64,000 bases of DNA, taken from NCBI GenBank assembly GCA_043823195.1, contig JBDRAZ010000103.1, positions 42,038-106,037 of the forward strand, given 5' to 3'. The notes beneath the pieces were generated by a model. That model was not told the origin of the DNA. It saw only the letters and a program-made list of their open reading frames with translations, and searched no databases. The translations under genes and the position numbers were made by a program. Within the stretch, counting starts at the first letter, position 1. Each line of letters opens with the position of its first letter. Positions 29,403 to 38,355 of this stretch are shown piece after piece. The DNA is from an archaeon (GTDB lineage Archaea > Nanobdellota > Nanobdellia > Woesearchaeales > JBDRAZ01).

Positions 29403-30926
29403 TTGGGGGCACCTCTAACGATGGGCTACAGGACTGCCATGGCAGCATCTCTTAAACGGGACAGGTATTTTTGCCTGCTTATTGGAATTCTTCTGTTGTC
29501 TCTTTTTTTCAGGGTCTATGGCCTGTCTGCCGGCCCGCTGAGGAATGATGAGGCATATGATACTGTTTTCAGGGGAATGGATGCCGGTGTCGCAATCCAG
29601 CTTTACAGGTTGCTTGATTGGGGTCCGCCGGTTTTTTACCGCCTCATTATCAGGTTATCATCTTCTTTTCTGCCTTACAATGAATGGGGTTTAAGGTATC
29701 CTTCAGTGATATTTGGGGCAATAAGCGTATTATTGATTTATTATCTGGGTGCGCATCTATTTAGCAAAAAGACCGGCCTTATTGCAGCCCTCTTAATGGG
29801 CATAAATCCGTTTCATATTTACTATTCGCAGCTGGCGAGGGGCTATTCATTGTTCATAATGCTGGTCATGCTTTCCAGCCTGGCATTTTTTCAGTTCATA
29901 AAAAGCAGGGGCTATAGGTCCCTTCTGGCTTACACTGCGGTCACCCTGCTCGCATTGTACACCCATGAGACGCTTGTATTTCTTGTGGTTGTCCAAAACG
30001 TGCTGTTCTTTCTTCAGTACCGGGGTTCCGGAAGGGCCTTATTAAAATGGCTGATCCCCAATTTTTTATTTGTGGCGGCATTTTTCGGGATATACAATTT
30101 TTTTTTTTTCCATCGGGTAAAGGTACGTTACACTGAGACCCTGTGGTGGATTCCGCGGCCGGAACCCGGCGCCCTGTTCGGGACTCTCAAATCCTTTCTT
30201 TACGGTCCGTACTATCACCTCACAAACCATTGGTTTCAGCTATTGCTTGGTATGTTTGCTTTTTTTGTTCTATTCCTGCTGATTCATTCACTGGCCAGTC
30301 CCGGGAGGGAAGCATGGAAGCTGTCTTATCTGGTCCTGCTTCTTATTGTGCCCGTTGCATCCGTCTATATCTGGTCTGTTCTGGGAACCCCCTATTCCCT
30401 TTATAACAATGACTATCTGGTTGTGTGCCTTCCTCCTCTCATCTTATTGCTGTCTTATGCAATCTCCGGCCTAAAAAGGGGACACATTCCGGTGTTTGTG
30501 ATTCTGTTTCTTGCCGTTGTGGGTCCCCTGATTGTGTTGGGCGGCTATTCAACGGTTCAAAACAGGGATGTGAGAGGCGCAGCCGGCTACATACAATCAA
30601 TAAATCCCGATGCTTTGATTCTGGTCTACCCGTCATGGTACATGCAGCTCGCAAATTTCTATCTTGGTCAGCGGTCAAGAATATCGTCAACAAAATCCGG
30701 TGAGGAATTCAGGCAGGCAATAGGCAATGAGACTGAATTCTGGATCTTGTTTGGCTCTGCAGAATTGCCCGGAGACTATGAGAGCATCTATGGGATAACC
30801 GATAATGAAACAGCAAAAGGCTATGATGTCACTGTATCAAGGGCGAGGGGGATTGATATCTTTCGCTTTGTCCGCAGGGGGTGTGGGCATCATCCCTGCA
30901 GATCCACAGATAATGGTGATGAATAA
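29403..30926 (+). CDS. GT-C-type glycosyltransferase, PMT/ArnT (GT39/GT83)-like polytopic membrane protein
   Basis: RVYGLSAGPLRNDEAYD..RYPSVIFGAISVLLIYYLGAHLFSKKTGLIAALLMGINPFHIYYSQLARGY matches the conserved first-loop DE motif plus TM2-4 of the PMT_2/ArnT family. About 11 TM helices. Confidence 0.6.
   Translation: MGAPLTMGYRTAMAASLKRDRYFCLLIGILLLSLFFRVYGLSAGPLRNDEAYDTVFRGMDAGVAIQLYRLLDWGPPVFYRLIIRLSSSFLPYNEWGLRYPSVIFGAISVLLIYYLGAHLFSKKTGLIAALLMGINPFHIYYSQLARGYSLFIMLVMLSSLAFFQFIKSRGYRSLLAYTAVTLLALYTHETLVFLVVVQNVLFFLQYRGSGRALLKWLIPNFLFVAAFFGIYNFFFFHRVKVRYTETLWWIPRPEPGALFGTLKSFLYGPYYHLTNHWFQLLLGMFAFFVLFLLIHSLASPGREAWKLSYLVLLLIVPVASVYIWSVLGTPYSLYNNDYLVVCLPPLILLLSYAISGLKRGHIPVFVILFLAVVGPLIVLGGYSTVQNRDVRGAAGYIQSINPDALILVYPSWYMQLANFYLGQRSRISSTKSGEEFRQAIGNETEFWILFGSAELPGDYESIYGITDNETAKGYDVTVSRARGIDIFRFVRRGCGHHPCRSTDNGDE
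30098..30109 (+). repeat. T12 homopolymer inside the GT-C coding region (encodes N-F-F-F-F), currently in frame
   Basis: Counted directly. Same AAT(T)n codon context as the frameshifted T11 tract at 20724. Confidence 0.8.
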
Positions 30927-30935
30927 CAGGATCAG

Positions 30936-31688
30936 ATGGCGTTAAAACCGATAATGAAATGGATTAGGCGGCATTTTATGTATAAAGAATCTGCATGGCC
31001 CGACATGGCCGGCCTGCCGGGAGTCCTGGGGATAAGCATAGTCATCATGGCCTGCATTGCCCTCCTTGGCGCATTTGGGGTTCTCGGGGGCCATGATAGT
31101 CACAGTGCAGTGTATGTAAGCTATCTTAACTCCAACATTAGCGGGGAAACAGCCATGCTGTCTGATTTTGAGGGCGGCGGTGTTGATTTCAGGCTGGAAA
31201 AGTATGGCAAAAACCACGGCACAGATGAGGGCACCATATTGCTGGAAGCGAACCTGGACCGGTCAGCACCCTATGCCGGCAGTCAATCCCTGAGGCTTTC
31301 GTTCAATTTCGGGGAGCCGATCACAGGCACACCCAAGCACATAAAAGCCATTAAGGCAGTCAGGCAGGACTGGAGCCGGTTTGAATACCTGAATTTTGCT
31401 GTGAAGGGTGATGGCCGCGGCGGAAGATTGTATCTGTGGGTTGTTGATGGTGATGGGGACTGGTGGTATTATTCCAGCGACCATCTATTGTACTCAACAG
31501 ACTGGAACCTTGTTACAGTCCCGCTGGACCAGCTGAGCGGGACTGGGCCGAATTTTCCATATCATGGTGATGGGAACAAGGACTTTCATGATGTGGCAGA
31601 ATACAGGATAAGGATAGAGCAGCCGGTAAGGGAGACAAATGGCGCGGATCGGGAAATATACCTTGACAGCATATTCCTGGGGCGGTGA
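30936..31688 (+). CDS. membrane-anchored CBM11/CIA30-like beta-sandwich domain protein
   Basis: N-terminal TM (GISIVIMACIALLGAFGVLGG), then a domain paralogous to 24126..24905 and to the C-terminus of 16582..18729. Starts 10 nt after the GT-C gene's stop. Confidence 0.5.
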   Translation: MALKPIMKWIRRHFMYKESAWPDMAGLPGVLGISIVIMACIALLGAFGVLGGHDSHSAVYVSYLNSNISGETAMLSDFEGGGVDFRLEKYGKNHGTDEGTILLEANLDRSAPYAGSQSLRLSFNFGEPITGTPKHIKAIKAVRQDWSRFEYLNFAVKGDGRGGRLYLWVVDGDGDWWYYSSDHLLYSTDWNLVTVPLDQLSGTGPNFPYHGDGNKDFHDVAEYRIRIEQPVRETNGADREIYLDSIFLGR

Positions 31689-31898
31689 TGCGCAGGCACC
31701 CCTGCAATGCCTATGCCAATGAACCCGCGCGGCCTCATATTTATTGTGCCGTAAAACATTTGACTCTTTCTCAACCCGGGGCCGGCATGGGCATGAGGCT
31801 GCCGGGACATTCACTGAAAAAGCAGAGGGAATCATGGATGACGGCGACGGGTCACAAACGCCTCAGACCTGCGCACAGCCTAATCTGCATAAAGCCAA

Positions 31899-31910
31899 TA
31901 TTTATATAAA
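31899..31910 (+). promoter_or_regulatory. strong TATA box (atatttatataaat) about 130 nt upstream of the rSAM gene at 32040
   Basis: The implied leader of ~105 nt contains two hairpins and a U-tract (element copy B). Confidence 0.4.
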
Positions 31911-31951
31911 TCTTGCTGCAGCAACCGGGTTGGGATCTGTGCGCATATTCA

Positions 31952-32015
31952 TTGAAAATTGCGCAGGGCCTAAAACCCCGCACTTTCGGAAATTGCTCCG
32001 GGCGGCGGGTTTTTG
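31952..32015 (+). repeat. copy B of the recurrent GC-hairpin/U-tract element (ttgaaaattgcgcagggcctaaaaccccgcactttcgg..ccgggcggcgggtttttg)
   Basis: AAAACCCCGC..GCGGCGGGTTTTT inverted repeat. Lies between the TATA box and the start codon. Confidence 0.5.
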
Positions 32016-32039
32016 TCATGTGAGTTCCTCGCCGAAAAA

Positions 32040-33128
32040 ATGAAATCCTGCCTAAAATTAATGCCTTACGTTATGGGGTATCGCCTTTCCAGGCTATCAC
32101 TCCTGCAAACACCGCTGCCTGTAAACATTACTCTCTCGCTGACAAACAGATGCAATTCAAAATGCAAAACCTGCAATATCTGGAAGTGCCCGCAGGTTGA
32201 AGAGCCAACCCTGGATGAGCTGGAAATGATATTGAGGTCACTGGGTACCGTGCCTTTCTGGTTCACACTTACAGGCGGCGAGCCCTTTCTGAGGGGCGAT
32301 CTCGCGGATATCGTGGGGCTCATATGCACAATAAGCAGGCCGGCCATTATCGCCATACCGAGCAATGCATCACTCCCTGGCGCCATTGAGCGAACAGCGC
32401 GGAAAATGCTGGGCATCTGCAAAAAGAATGGTGTTCATTTGGTGATAAACCTCTCCCTGGACAACATAGCGGGCAAGCACGACCGGTTAAGGGGCCATCC
32501 GGGCAGCTTTGACAGGTTTAATGATACGTTCCGGAGGCTGGCCGGCCTGCGGTCCGACTACAAAAACTTTACTCTGGGAATTAATACCGTGATCTCGCGG
32601 TATAACGCAGACGATTTCTTTTCGATCTATAGGTATGTGAATCACATTAGCCCCGACAGCTACATAGTTGAGCCCGCCCAGGAGAGAAAGGAATACATGA
32701 ATCTTGGAGACAACCCGCTCCCTGATATGCAAAAGTATGCAGGCATCATAGGGTTTCTCCGGAAAAATCCGCAGCATCGCAGGAATAATGTGCATGGCAT
32801 GAATAATATATATTCGCTCCTGGTCAATGTGCTGAGGAGAAGATACTACATAGCGACATTGCCTCAGCCAGGGAAAAAGCAGGCCGTCCCCTGTTATGCG
32901 GGAAGGGCATCGATGTACATATCAGGCCGGGCAGACGTCTGTCCCTGTTCGGTATTATGCGAATCCCTGGGAAACCTTAAACGCCGGAAGTATGATTTTA
33001 AGGGGATCTGGCGTGGTGAAAAAGCAGACAGGTTACGAAATGCAATTAAACAGCGGAAATGTGCCTGCACCCAGGCAAATGTCAGCTACACGAATCTAAT
33101 GTGCGGGTGGCCGGTTTGGCAGGTTTAA
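32040..33128 (+). CDS. radical SAM enzyme with SPASM-type C-terminal domain (subfamily distinct from the six paralogs)
   Basis: LTNRCNSKCKTCNIWK, TGGEPF, C-terminal VPCYAG..GRADVCPCS..KCACT. The ORF track starts at TTG 32013; ATG 32040 is preferred because the hairpin/U-tract ends at ~32015. Confidence 0.65.
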   Translation: MKSCLKLMPYVMGYRLSRLSLLQTPLPVNITLSLTNRCNSKCKTCNIWKCPQVEEPTLDELEMILRSLGTVPFWFTLTGGEPFLRGDLADIVGLICTISRPAIIAIPSNASLPGAIERTARKMLGICKKNGVHLVINLSLDNIAGKHDRLRGHPGSFDRFNDTFRRLAGLRSDYKNFTLGINTVISRYNADDFFSIYRYVNHISPDSYIVEPAQERKEYMNLGDNPLPDMQKYAGIIGFLRKNPQHRRNNVHGMNNIYSLLVNVLRRRYYIATLPQPGKKQAVPCYAGRASMYISGRADVCPCSVLCESLGNLKRRKYDFKGIWRGEKADRLRNAIKQRKCACTQANVSYTNLMCGWPVWQV

Positions 33129-33129
33129 A

Positions 33130-34197
33130 TTGAAACAGCTGGATGTCCTTGAAACCCTTCTTGCCAAAAAGGGGCGGTATTCGGTCTTTCTAGATTTCTA
33201 TGGTGTCCGGGCCAGGCTGGAGAGCGATAACCGGGGGATAATTGATTCAATGGAGTTTCACTTCAGATATTTTGTTGCTGATGAAGCAGCGGACCATGAG
33301 ATAACAATCAGGATTTTTCATGAAAAAATAGATTACTCGGTGCTGCCGTACGCTGAAGCCTCATCTCACGCTCCGCATTCATTTTCCTATGACCTCAGAC
33401 AATACAGGATTGTTGATTATTTTGGCAGGGCACTGGCAATTTATAATTATGATACCGACACGGGCGCAATATTCTTTGCCGACTCAGAGTTTGAAGATGA
33501 AACCACATATCTGCTGGTCATGTCAAGAGTCGGGGAATTTCTCGACAGGAAGAAAATTCACCGGATTCATGCACTGGGCGTTTCCTGCAAAGGCAGCGGG
33601 GTGGTTTGCGTTCTGCCTCAGGGCGGTGGGAAGACAACCCTGGCACTTGATCTGCTTAAGGAAAGGGATATTCAGCTGCTGTCAGAAGACACGCCGCTGA
33701 TAAACAAAAAGCTGAAACTGCTGCCCTTTCCGATACGGATGGGCATCAGGATGGAAGATGTAAAGAGGTCAGGAATAGGAACCGGGCATCTTAAGGAATT
33801 TCGCCGTGCATATCATCCTGACAAATACGTGCTGGATTTAACTGCCAGCAGGGAAAAAATATCAAGGCCCTGCAGTGCCAGGGTCCTTATCGTGGGCAAG
33901 CGCGTTCTGGGCGACAAGTCAATAATCGTGCCGGTCAATAAAGCAAGGCTTTTCATGCCCTTATTGAAGACGGTAGTCTTTGGCCTTGGGCTTCCCCAGG
34001 TAGTGGAATACTTCTTGCGCGGGAATCCTGTTTGCGTTATGAAAAACATCAGGATCGCATCGCTGAGATTAATGCTGGCAGTTAAGCTGTTATTGAGGTG
34101 CGATACCTACATCTTCTTCCTGGGTCAAGACACCGGCAAAAATGCCCGGACATTGAAAAAGGCATGCAGGCGGTTAACGCGGAAGGCGTCTTCATGA
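33130..34197 (+). CDS. HPr-kinase-like P-loop protein (HprK-related kinase); TTG start 1 nt after the rSAM stop
   Basis: RIHALGVSCKGSGVVCVLPQGGGKTTLALDLLKERDIQLLSEDTPLI matches the HprK C-domain pattern (H.s.V..G.GVL..G.SG.GKS..AL.L...G..LV.DD). Confidence 0.55.
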   Translation: MKQLDVLETLLAKKGRYSVFLDFYGVRARLESDNRGIIDSMEFHFRYFVADEAADHEITIRIFHEKIDYSVLPYAEASSHAPHSFSYDLRQYRIVDYFGRALAIYNYDTDTGAIFFADSEFEDETTYLLVMSRVGEFLDRKKIHRIHALGVSCKGSGVVCVLPQGGGKTTLALDLLKERDIQLLSEDTPLINKKLKLLPFPIRMGIRMEDVKRSGIGTGHLKEFRRAYHPDKYVLDLTASREKISRPCSARVLIVGKRVLGDKSIIVPVNKARLFMPLLKTVVFGLGLPQVVEYFLRGNPVCVMKNIRIASLRLMLAVKLLLRCDTYIFFLGQDTGKNARTLKKACRRLTRKASS

Positions 34198-34631
34198 TGA
34201 TTAAGATTGATATAAGGGATCAGTATCGGGCAGATATCTATGGGTTTGGAGAGATATACGAGATTGTATCCGTAAACTACCTGTTGCAGAAGCTTAGGGC
34301 GCGATACGCCGGGGGGGACCTTTACCTGTTTGACGGATCTGATGTGCGTTACACCGGCCTGAGGGATTATCTGATTATGGGGGAAATCCCCTTTGAAGAG
34401 GGGACTGCGGACCGTCCCCCCTGGAAACCCAAAACGAGGACGCATCAGAGGCCCGTCACAGCCTATCCTGCTGTCCGGGATCTGGCAGCCCTTGCATTCC
34501 GTTTATTGGTCAGGCTTGAGTTTTTGTGGTCGCAGGCCCATTTGAGGTATGTCTTTACAGCTATGCCCGTTGCATATATGCCGGTTGCAGATGTGCCTGT
34601 TGCAGATATGCCTGTGCGCGGGTTAAGCTGA
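34193..34631 (+). CDS. hypothetical 146-aa protein with C-terminal pentapeptide repeats (MPVAY/MPVAD/VPVAD/MPV); start ATG overlaps the kinase stop (ATGATGA)
   Basis: Start/stop overlap indicates translational coupling. The C-terminus is encoded by four tandem 15-nt repeats. Confidence 0.4.
34563..34622 (+). repeat. 4 x 15-nt tandem direct repeats (atgcccgttgcatat / atgccggttgcagat / gtgcctgttgcagat / atgcctgtgcgcggg)
   Basis: Read directly. In frame at the 3' end of the 146-aa ORF. Confidence 0.7.
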
Positions 34632-34661
34632 TCCGGGGTCCGGCTGATCCCGTATCTTGTT

Positions 34662-34740
34662 TCCGGGCGGCTCAGGATGGTTACAAAGCGCCGGGTCTAA
34701 AACCCCGCACTTCAGTGCAGGGATGAGCGGCGGGTTTTTG
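34662..34740. terminator. copy C of the recurrent element, acting as a bidirectional intrinsic terminator between convergent genes
   Basis: CTAAAACCCCGCAC..agtgcaggg..GCGGCGGGTTTTTG: GC stem flanked by an A-run and a T-run, located between the stops at 34631 and 34712. Confidence 0.45.
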
Positions 34741-35803
34741 CGATAAGCTGGTGCTTGATTCTCTCATTCTCCACATGCACTACAGCACAGCACTGTCTGC
34801 AGTAATGCGGCAGGTCCCCCGCAAGGAGCCTTTTTCGTATTGTGCCAAATGCCCTGCCATCCCATATGTCACGGAGTGACCTGCCGTTCAGGTTGTCCCC
34901 TCCGTGGCCTCCTGACATGCTGCACGGCCCGACCGATCCGTCAGGAAGAATTATCATATTGTACCATGGCTCAAAGCAGGGGGCATTGAGGAACGGGTTC
35001 TTCTCGCAGCTGCCTTTTTTTTTGATTAGCTCATCCATGCTCTCTGATGCGTTCTCAACGATCTGCCCATCAAGAAATGACAACACGTTGGTATATGTCC
35101 CATGCTTCTCTGCGATTTCAGCAGCTTTCTTGATGTGCCTGGGCAGCAATGAGCGTTCGTCCGGACTGAGTTCCAGTTCCCTGCCCTCTCTTCCCCAGAC
35201 AGTCATGGGCTGAAACTGGATGTCGCTGCATTTCAGCCTATTGGCCAGTTCCGCCATCTCAGCAATCCTGTTATAGTTCCTGTTGCTGATTACGGTATTG
35301 ATCCGCAGCACCGGCAGCCGGGCCCCTGTCTCCTTCTTGAGCTGATTCAGGGCCTCAATGTTCCTGATTATCTTATTAAACGTCCCGTCCCTGCCCCTCA
35401 GATAATCGTTTACTTCGGGGTCAGGCCCGTCTATGCTCACAGTTACTACGTCCCATTTGCTATCTACCAGAAGGGGTATTGCCGAATCCAGCAGGGTTCC
35501 GTTTGTTATCAGGAGCCCATGCATTCCCTCGCTCTTGATCTGCCCGATTGCCTCCCTGATTCCCTCTGAGAGCAAAGGCTCGCCGCTGCCCGGAATCCTT
35601 ATCTCCTTTACGCCAAGCCGGGACGCCTCGCTAATGACAGATGCAATCCTGCCCCGGTCCAGCTCTGCAGGTTCAGGTTCATGCTCCCTGAGCCAGCAGC
35701 TCCGGCATTTCAGGTTGCACCTGTTAGTGGGGTTAAGCTCTATTGTCACCGGTCCTGCGCTTCCACCTTCTGCCCATCTGCTGAGCCTCTCGATCTTATC
35801 CAT
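34712..35803 (-). CDS. radical SAM enzyme with SPASM/twitch-type C-terminal domain
   Basis: IERLSRWAEGGS..TNRCNLKCRSCWLR, GSGEPL, ITNGTLL, APCFEPW..GSVGPC..CRQCC. Confidence 0.75.
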   Translation of the reverse strand: MDKIERLSRWAEGGSAGPVTIELNPTNRCNLKCRSCWLREHEPEPAELDRGRIASVISEASRLGVKEIRIPGSGEPLLSEGIREAIGQIKSEGMHGLLITNGTLLDSAIPLLVDSKWDVVTVSIDGPDPEVNDYLRGRDGTFNKIIRNIEALNQLKKETGARLPVLRINTVISNRNYNRIAEMAELANRLKCSDIQFQPMTVWGREGRELELSPDERSLLPRHIKKAAEIAEKHGTYTNVLSFLDGQIVENASESMDELIKKKGSCEKNPFLNAPCFEPWYNMIILPDGSVGPCSMSGGHGGDNLNGRSLRDIWDGRAFGTIRKRLLAGDLPHYCRQCCAVVHVENERIKHQLIAKTRRSSLH

Positions 35804-35855
35804 GCAGCCCCCATCAATGAATTAACCATCAATAAATTAAAATAGTTGGTTCAAA

Positions 35856-35870
35856 TGCTTAATATAAATT
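35856..35870 (+). promoter_or_regulatory. TATA box (cttaatataaattag) about 30 nt upstream of ATG 35897
   Basis: AT-rich box at the canonical distance from the start codon. Confidence 0.35.
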
Positions 35871-35896
35871 AGTTGCGCTATTTTGATGATTACAAT

Positions 35897-37324
35897 ATGC
35901 GATACAAAAAAGCACTGCTGATAGTGCCCCCGACAGGGCTCTACCGCAGGGAGGACCGGTGCCAGTCGCGTGTGGACACCCAGACTGCCCGCGTTATCTT
36001 CCCGCCCATGGCCCTTGCGCACATGGCATCGTCCATGGTTAACGGGGGAGTTAAATGCCTGATCCGGGACTACGCAGCCAAAGGCGCGGGATGGTCTGAT
36101 TTCACAGATGACCTTAAGAAAACCCCTGCCGATCTTCTGATTATCAGCACCACCGGCGCAACACTGGAATCTGACCTGAAGGCAGCCCGCCTGGCAAAGA
36201 AGGCCAATCCCGGCATCCGGGTTGCAGTAATCGGGATGGCGGCAGGCCTCCGGGATTCCTGGGTTCTGGCCAGATACCCCGCAGATTTCATAATCCGCGA
36301 GTCTCCGGAATCAACAATCAGCTGGCTCATTGATGCGCCCGTCGGCAGGGTGCCCAACATATCATACCTAAAAGACGGAAAGCTGGTCAGGGCCCGGAGC
36401 CTGAAGCTGACCGGCCCCCTGGATGAACTGTTTCCGGCTGCACGCCATCTGCTCGACAACCGGCTTTACAGGGATCCGCGCACCGGAAGGATGCTCACAA
36501 TGATTGAGTGTGAGCGCGGCTGCCCGAATTCCTGCATATTCTGCACAGCGCCAATGACGCACGGGAAGATTCCCAGGTACAGGAGGCACGAGCACGTCAT
36601 ATATGAGATCAGCCAGTCGCTGAAATTGGGGATCGGGAGTTTTATCATGAACGGTGACACCTTTACGCATAACCCCGGCTGGGTGATGGGGCTGTGCAGG
36701 AAAATTGCACCCCTCGGGATTGAGTGGGCCTGCAACAGCCGCGTTGATGCGCTTAATCTCCGGATGCTCAGGGCCATGAAGGATTCCGGCTGCTATCTCA
36801 TTGGGTTTGGCATAGAAAGCGGAAACCAGCAGATCCTGCGGAAGATCCGCAAAGGGACCACTGTTAATGCAATCAGGAGAGCAATTGCCCTCTGCAGGCA
36901 GGCGGGGATAAGGGTGCATACCTTTTCTGTGATAGGCTTTCCCTGGGACACTGAAAAAACAATCTACGATACCTACCGGCTGATCAGGCAGGCGGATCCG
37001 GATTATTTTGACATCAATCTCGCAACTCCGCTGCCGGGATCGGAATATTACGCCATTGCCTGCCGCGAGGGCCTGGTAAAAAAACTGACCTATGACTACG
37101 CCCGGGCGTCTGTCTCCACTTTCAGCCTCAGCGCGCCCAGGCTGGAAAGACTCAGGGCCCGGATTCTCATGCGGCTGTATGCCCGGCCGGGTTATGTAAT
37201 CAGGACCCTTTTGCGGGCCAGGTCAGCAGCTGAACTGAAACGCCTTTTCTGGTCAGGTGCCAGACGAATAGAACATCTGCTGTCCGGCAGCTTATTTTTG
37301 CTTTGCGCGCAGGTCACTCTCTGA
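35897..37324 (+). CDS. B12-binding (class B) radical SAM enzyme
   Basis: MRYKKALLIVPP..(B12 domain)..ECERGCPNSCIFCTAP..FIMNGDTF..SRVD..FGIESGNQ. The ORF track starts 24 nt earlier at 35873. Confidence 0.7.
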   Translation: MRYKKALLIVPPTGLYRREDRCQSRVDTQTARVIFPPMALAHMASSMVNGGVKCLIRDYAAKGAGWSDFTDDLKKTPADLLIISTTGATLESDLKAARLAKKANPGIRVAVIGMAAGLRDSWVLARYPADFIIRESPESTISWLIDAPVGRVPNISYLKDGKLVRARSLKLTGPLDELFPAARHLLDNRLYRDPRTGRMLTMIECERGCPNSCIFCTAPMTHGKIPRYRRHEHVIYEISQSLKLGIGSFIMNGDTFTHNPGWVMGLCRKIAPLGIEWACNSRVDALNLRMLRAMKDSGCYLIGFGIESGNQQILRKIRKGTTVNAIRRAIALCRQAGIRVHTFSVIGFPWDTEKTIYDTYRLIRQADPDYFDINLATPLPGSEYYAIACREGLVKKLTYDYARASVSTFSLSAPRLERLRARILMRLYARPGYVIRTLLRARSAAELKRLFWSGARRIEHLLSGSLFLLCAQVTL

Positions 37325-38116
37325 ATGCACATGCCTCTCCTTTTCTGAGCTGATGTGGCCGCACAGGAGTCCCTTTTCGGCCAGGTGCGGAAAAACGTCG
37401 CCTTCGAGTGTGGCGCCATCCAGGTTGAATATGTCGGCATCAGCTGCAAATATCGGCGAGAACACCAGATAGTGGTCAGACATCCTTGGCTTCTGCACAA
37501 AGCTAAGGATGCGGCTCCCCTCCATCCTTACCGTCCCTTTTTCAGAAGGCGTAGCAGACGTTGTGAGCATCAGGGTGGCGACGGCGCTGTTTCTCATGTG
37601 GTCATTCCACAACTCTTCAATGTTGATGTTGTTGAATACAATATCCCCGTAAACGACCAGGAAATTGCCGCCAATCCTGCCCTTCAGCAGCCTGAGTGAA
37701 TTTGCGGTGCCGAGTGACTGGGTTTCCTCAACATACTCCATGTCAACGCCGTGCTGAGAGCCGTTTTTCAGTATCTCAAAAATCCGCGTCAGGATCCTCT
37801 CTCTTGCGACAACAAATACCTTGCGGAAGCCGTCTTCCCTCAGCTTCCTGACCGCGAGCTCTGCAACGCTGATCCCACTGATCTTTGCAGCAGGGCTGTA
37901 CAGGCCATCGGAGATCATCATCCGCTCTTCAGGTCCGCCGGCCAGAATGGCAGCAATCTTGTTCTTTCCCAGCGAATTCCGTATCAGGTGTTCCATTGCC
38001 TGGCTCCTGTTCCTTATGAAGATGTAATCAACTATTGAATCAATCTCATCGAGAGTTTCGCTGTTGATGGTTATGGATATTTTTTTCTTCATTCTAAAGC
38101 GGCGGTGCCGGTGCAT
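37292..38116 (-). CDS. sugar-phosphate nucleotidyltransferase with N-terminal ribbon-helix-helix (CopG-like) domain
   Basis: N-terminal KKISITINSETLDEIDSIVDYIFIRNRSQAMEHLIRNSL has an RHH beta-alpha-alpha pattern. Then AAILAGGPEERM..VVYGDIVF resembles the NTP_transferase G-x-G-x-R core. The 3' end overlaps 35897..37324 by 33 nt (convergent). Confidence 0.5.
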   Translation of the reverse strand: MHRHRRFRMKKKISITINSETLDEIDSIVDYIFIRNRSQAMEHLIRNSLGKNKIAAILAGGPEERMMISDGLYSPAAKISGISVAELAVRKLREDGFRKVFVVARERILTRIFEILKNGSQHGVDMEYVEETQSLGTANSLRLLKGRIGGNFLVVYGDIVFNNINIEELWNDHMRNSAVATLMLTTSATPSEKGTVRMEGSRILSFVQKPRMSDHYLVFSPIFAADADIFNLDGATLEGDVFPHLAEKGLLCGHISSEKERHVHSESDLRAKQK

Positions 38117-38355
38117 AAGGTCTCATCTTCTGGCATGCCGGCGGGTCCGCCAATCAGGAACGCACGCGCCATGCCCCGACTGGGCAGGATTGGTGTGCGC
38201 CCGTCGGATATCTGTTGCTTATCCCGGGATGTCCTACTTATTTATATAACTATCGGATAAAGTATGATGGAGGTAAGATATTTTAAAGGGTATCTTTTTG
38301 TAGCTGATTATGCAGGAAATTCATTTGCATAATGCCTTGCTAAACGGGTGATTGA

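Noticed and set aside
34193-34631. Calling the 146-aa ORF a PqqD-like RiPP recognition element
   Set aside because: Its position after the kinase is suggestive, but I could not recognise the PqqD/RRE pattern by eye. It is left as hypothetical.
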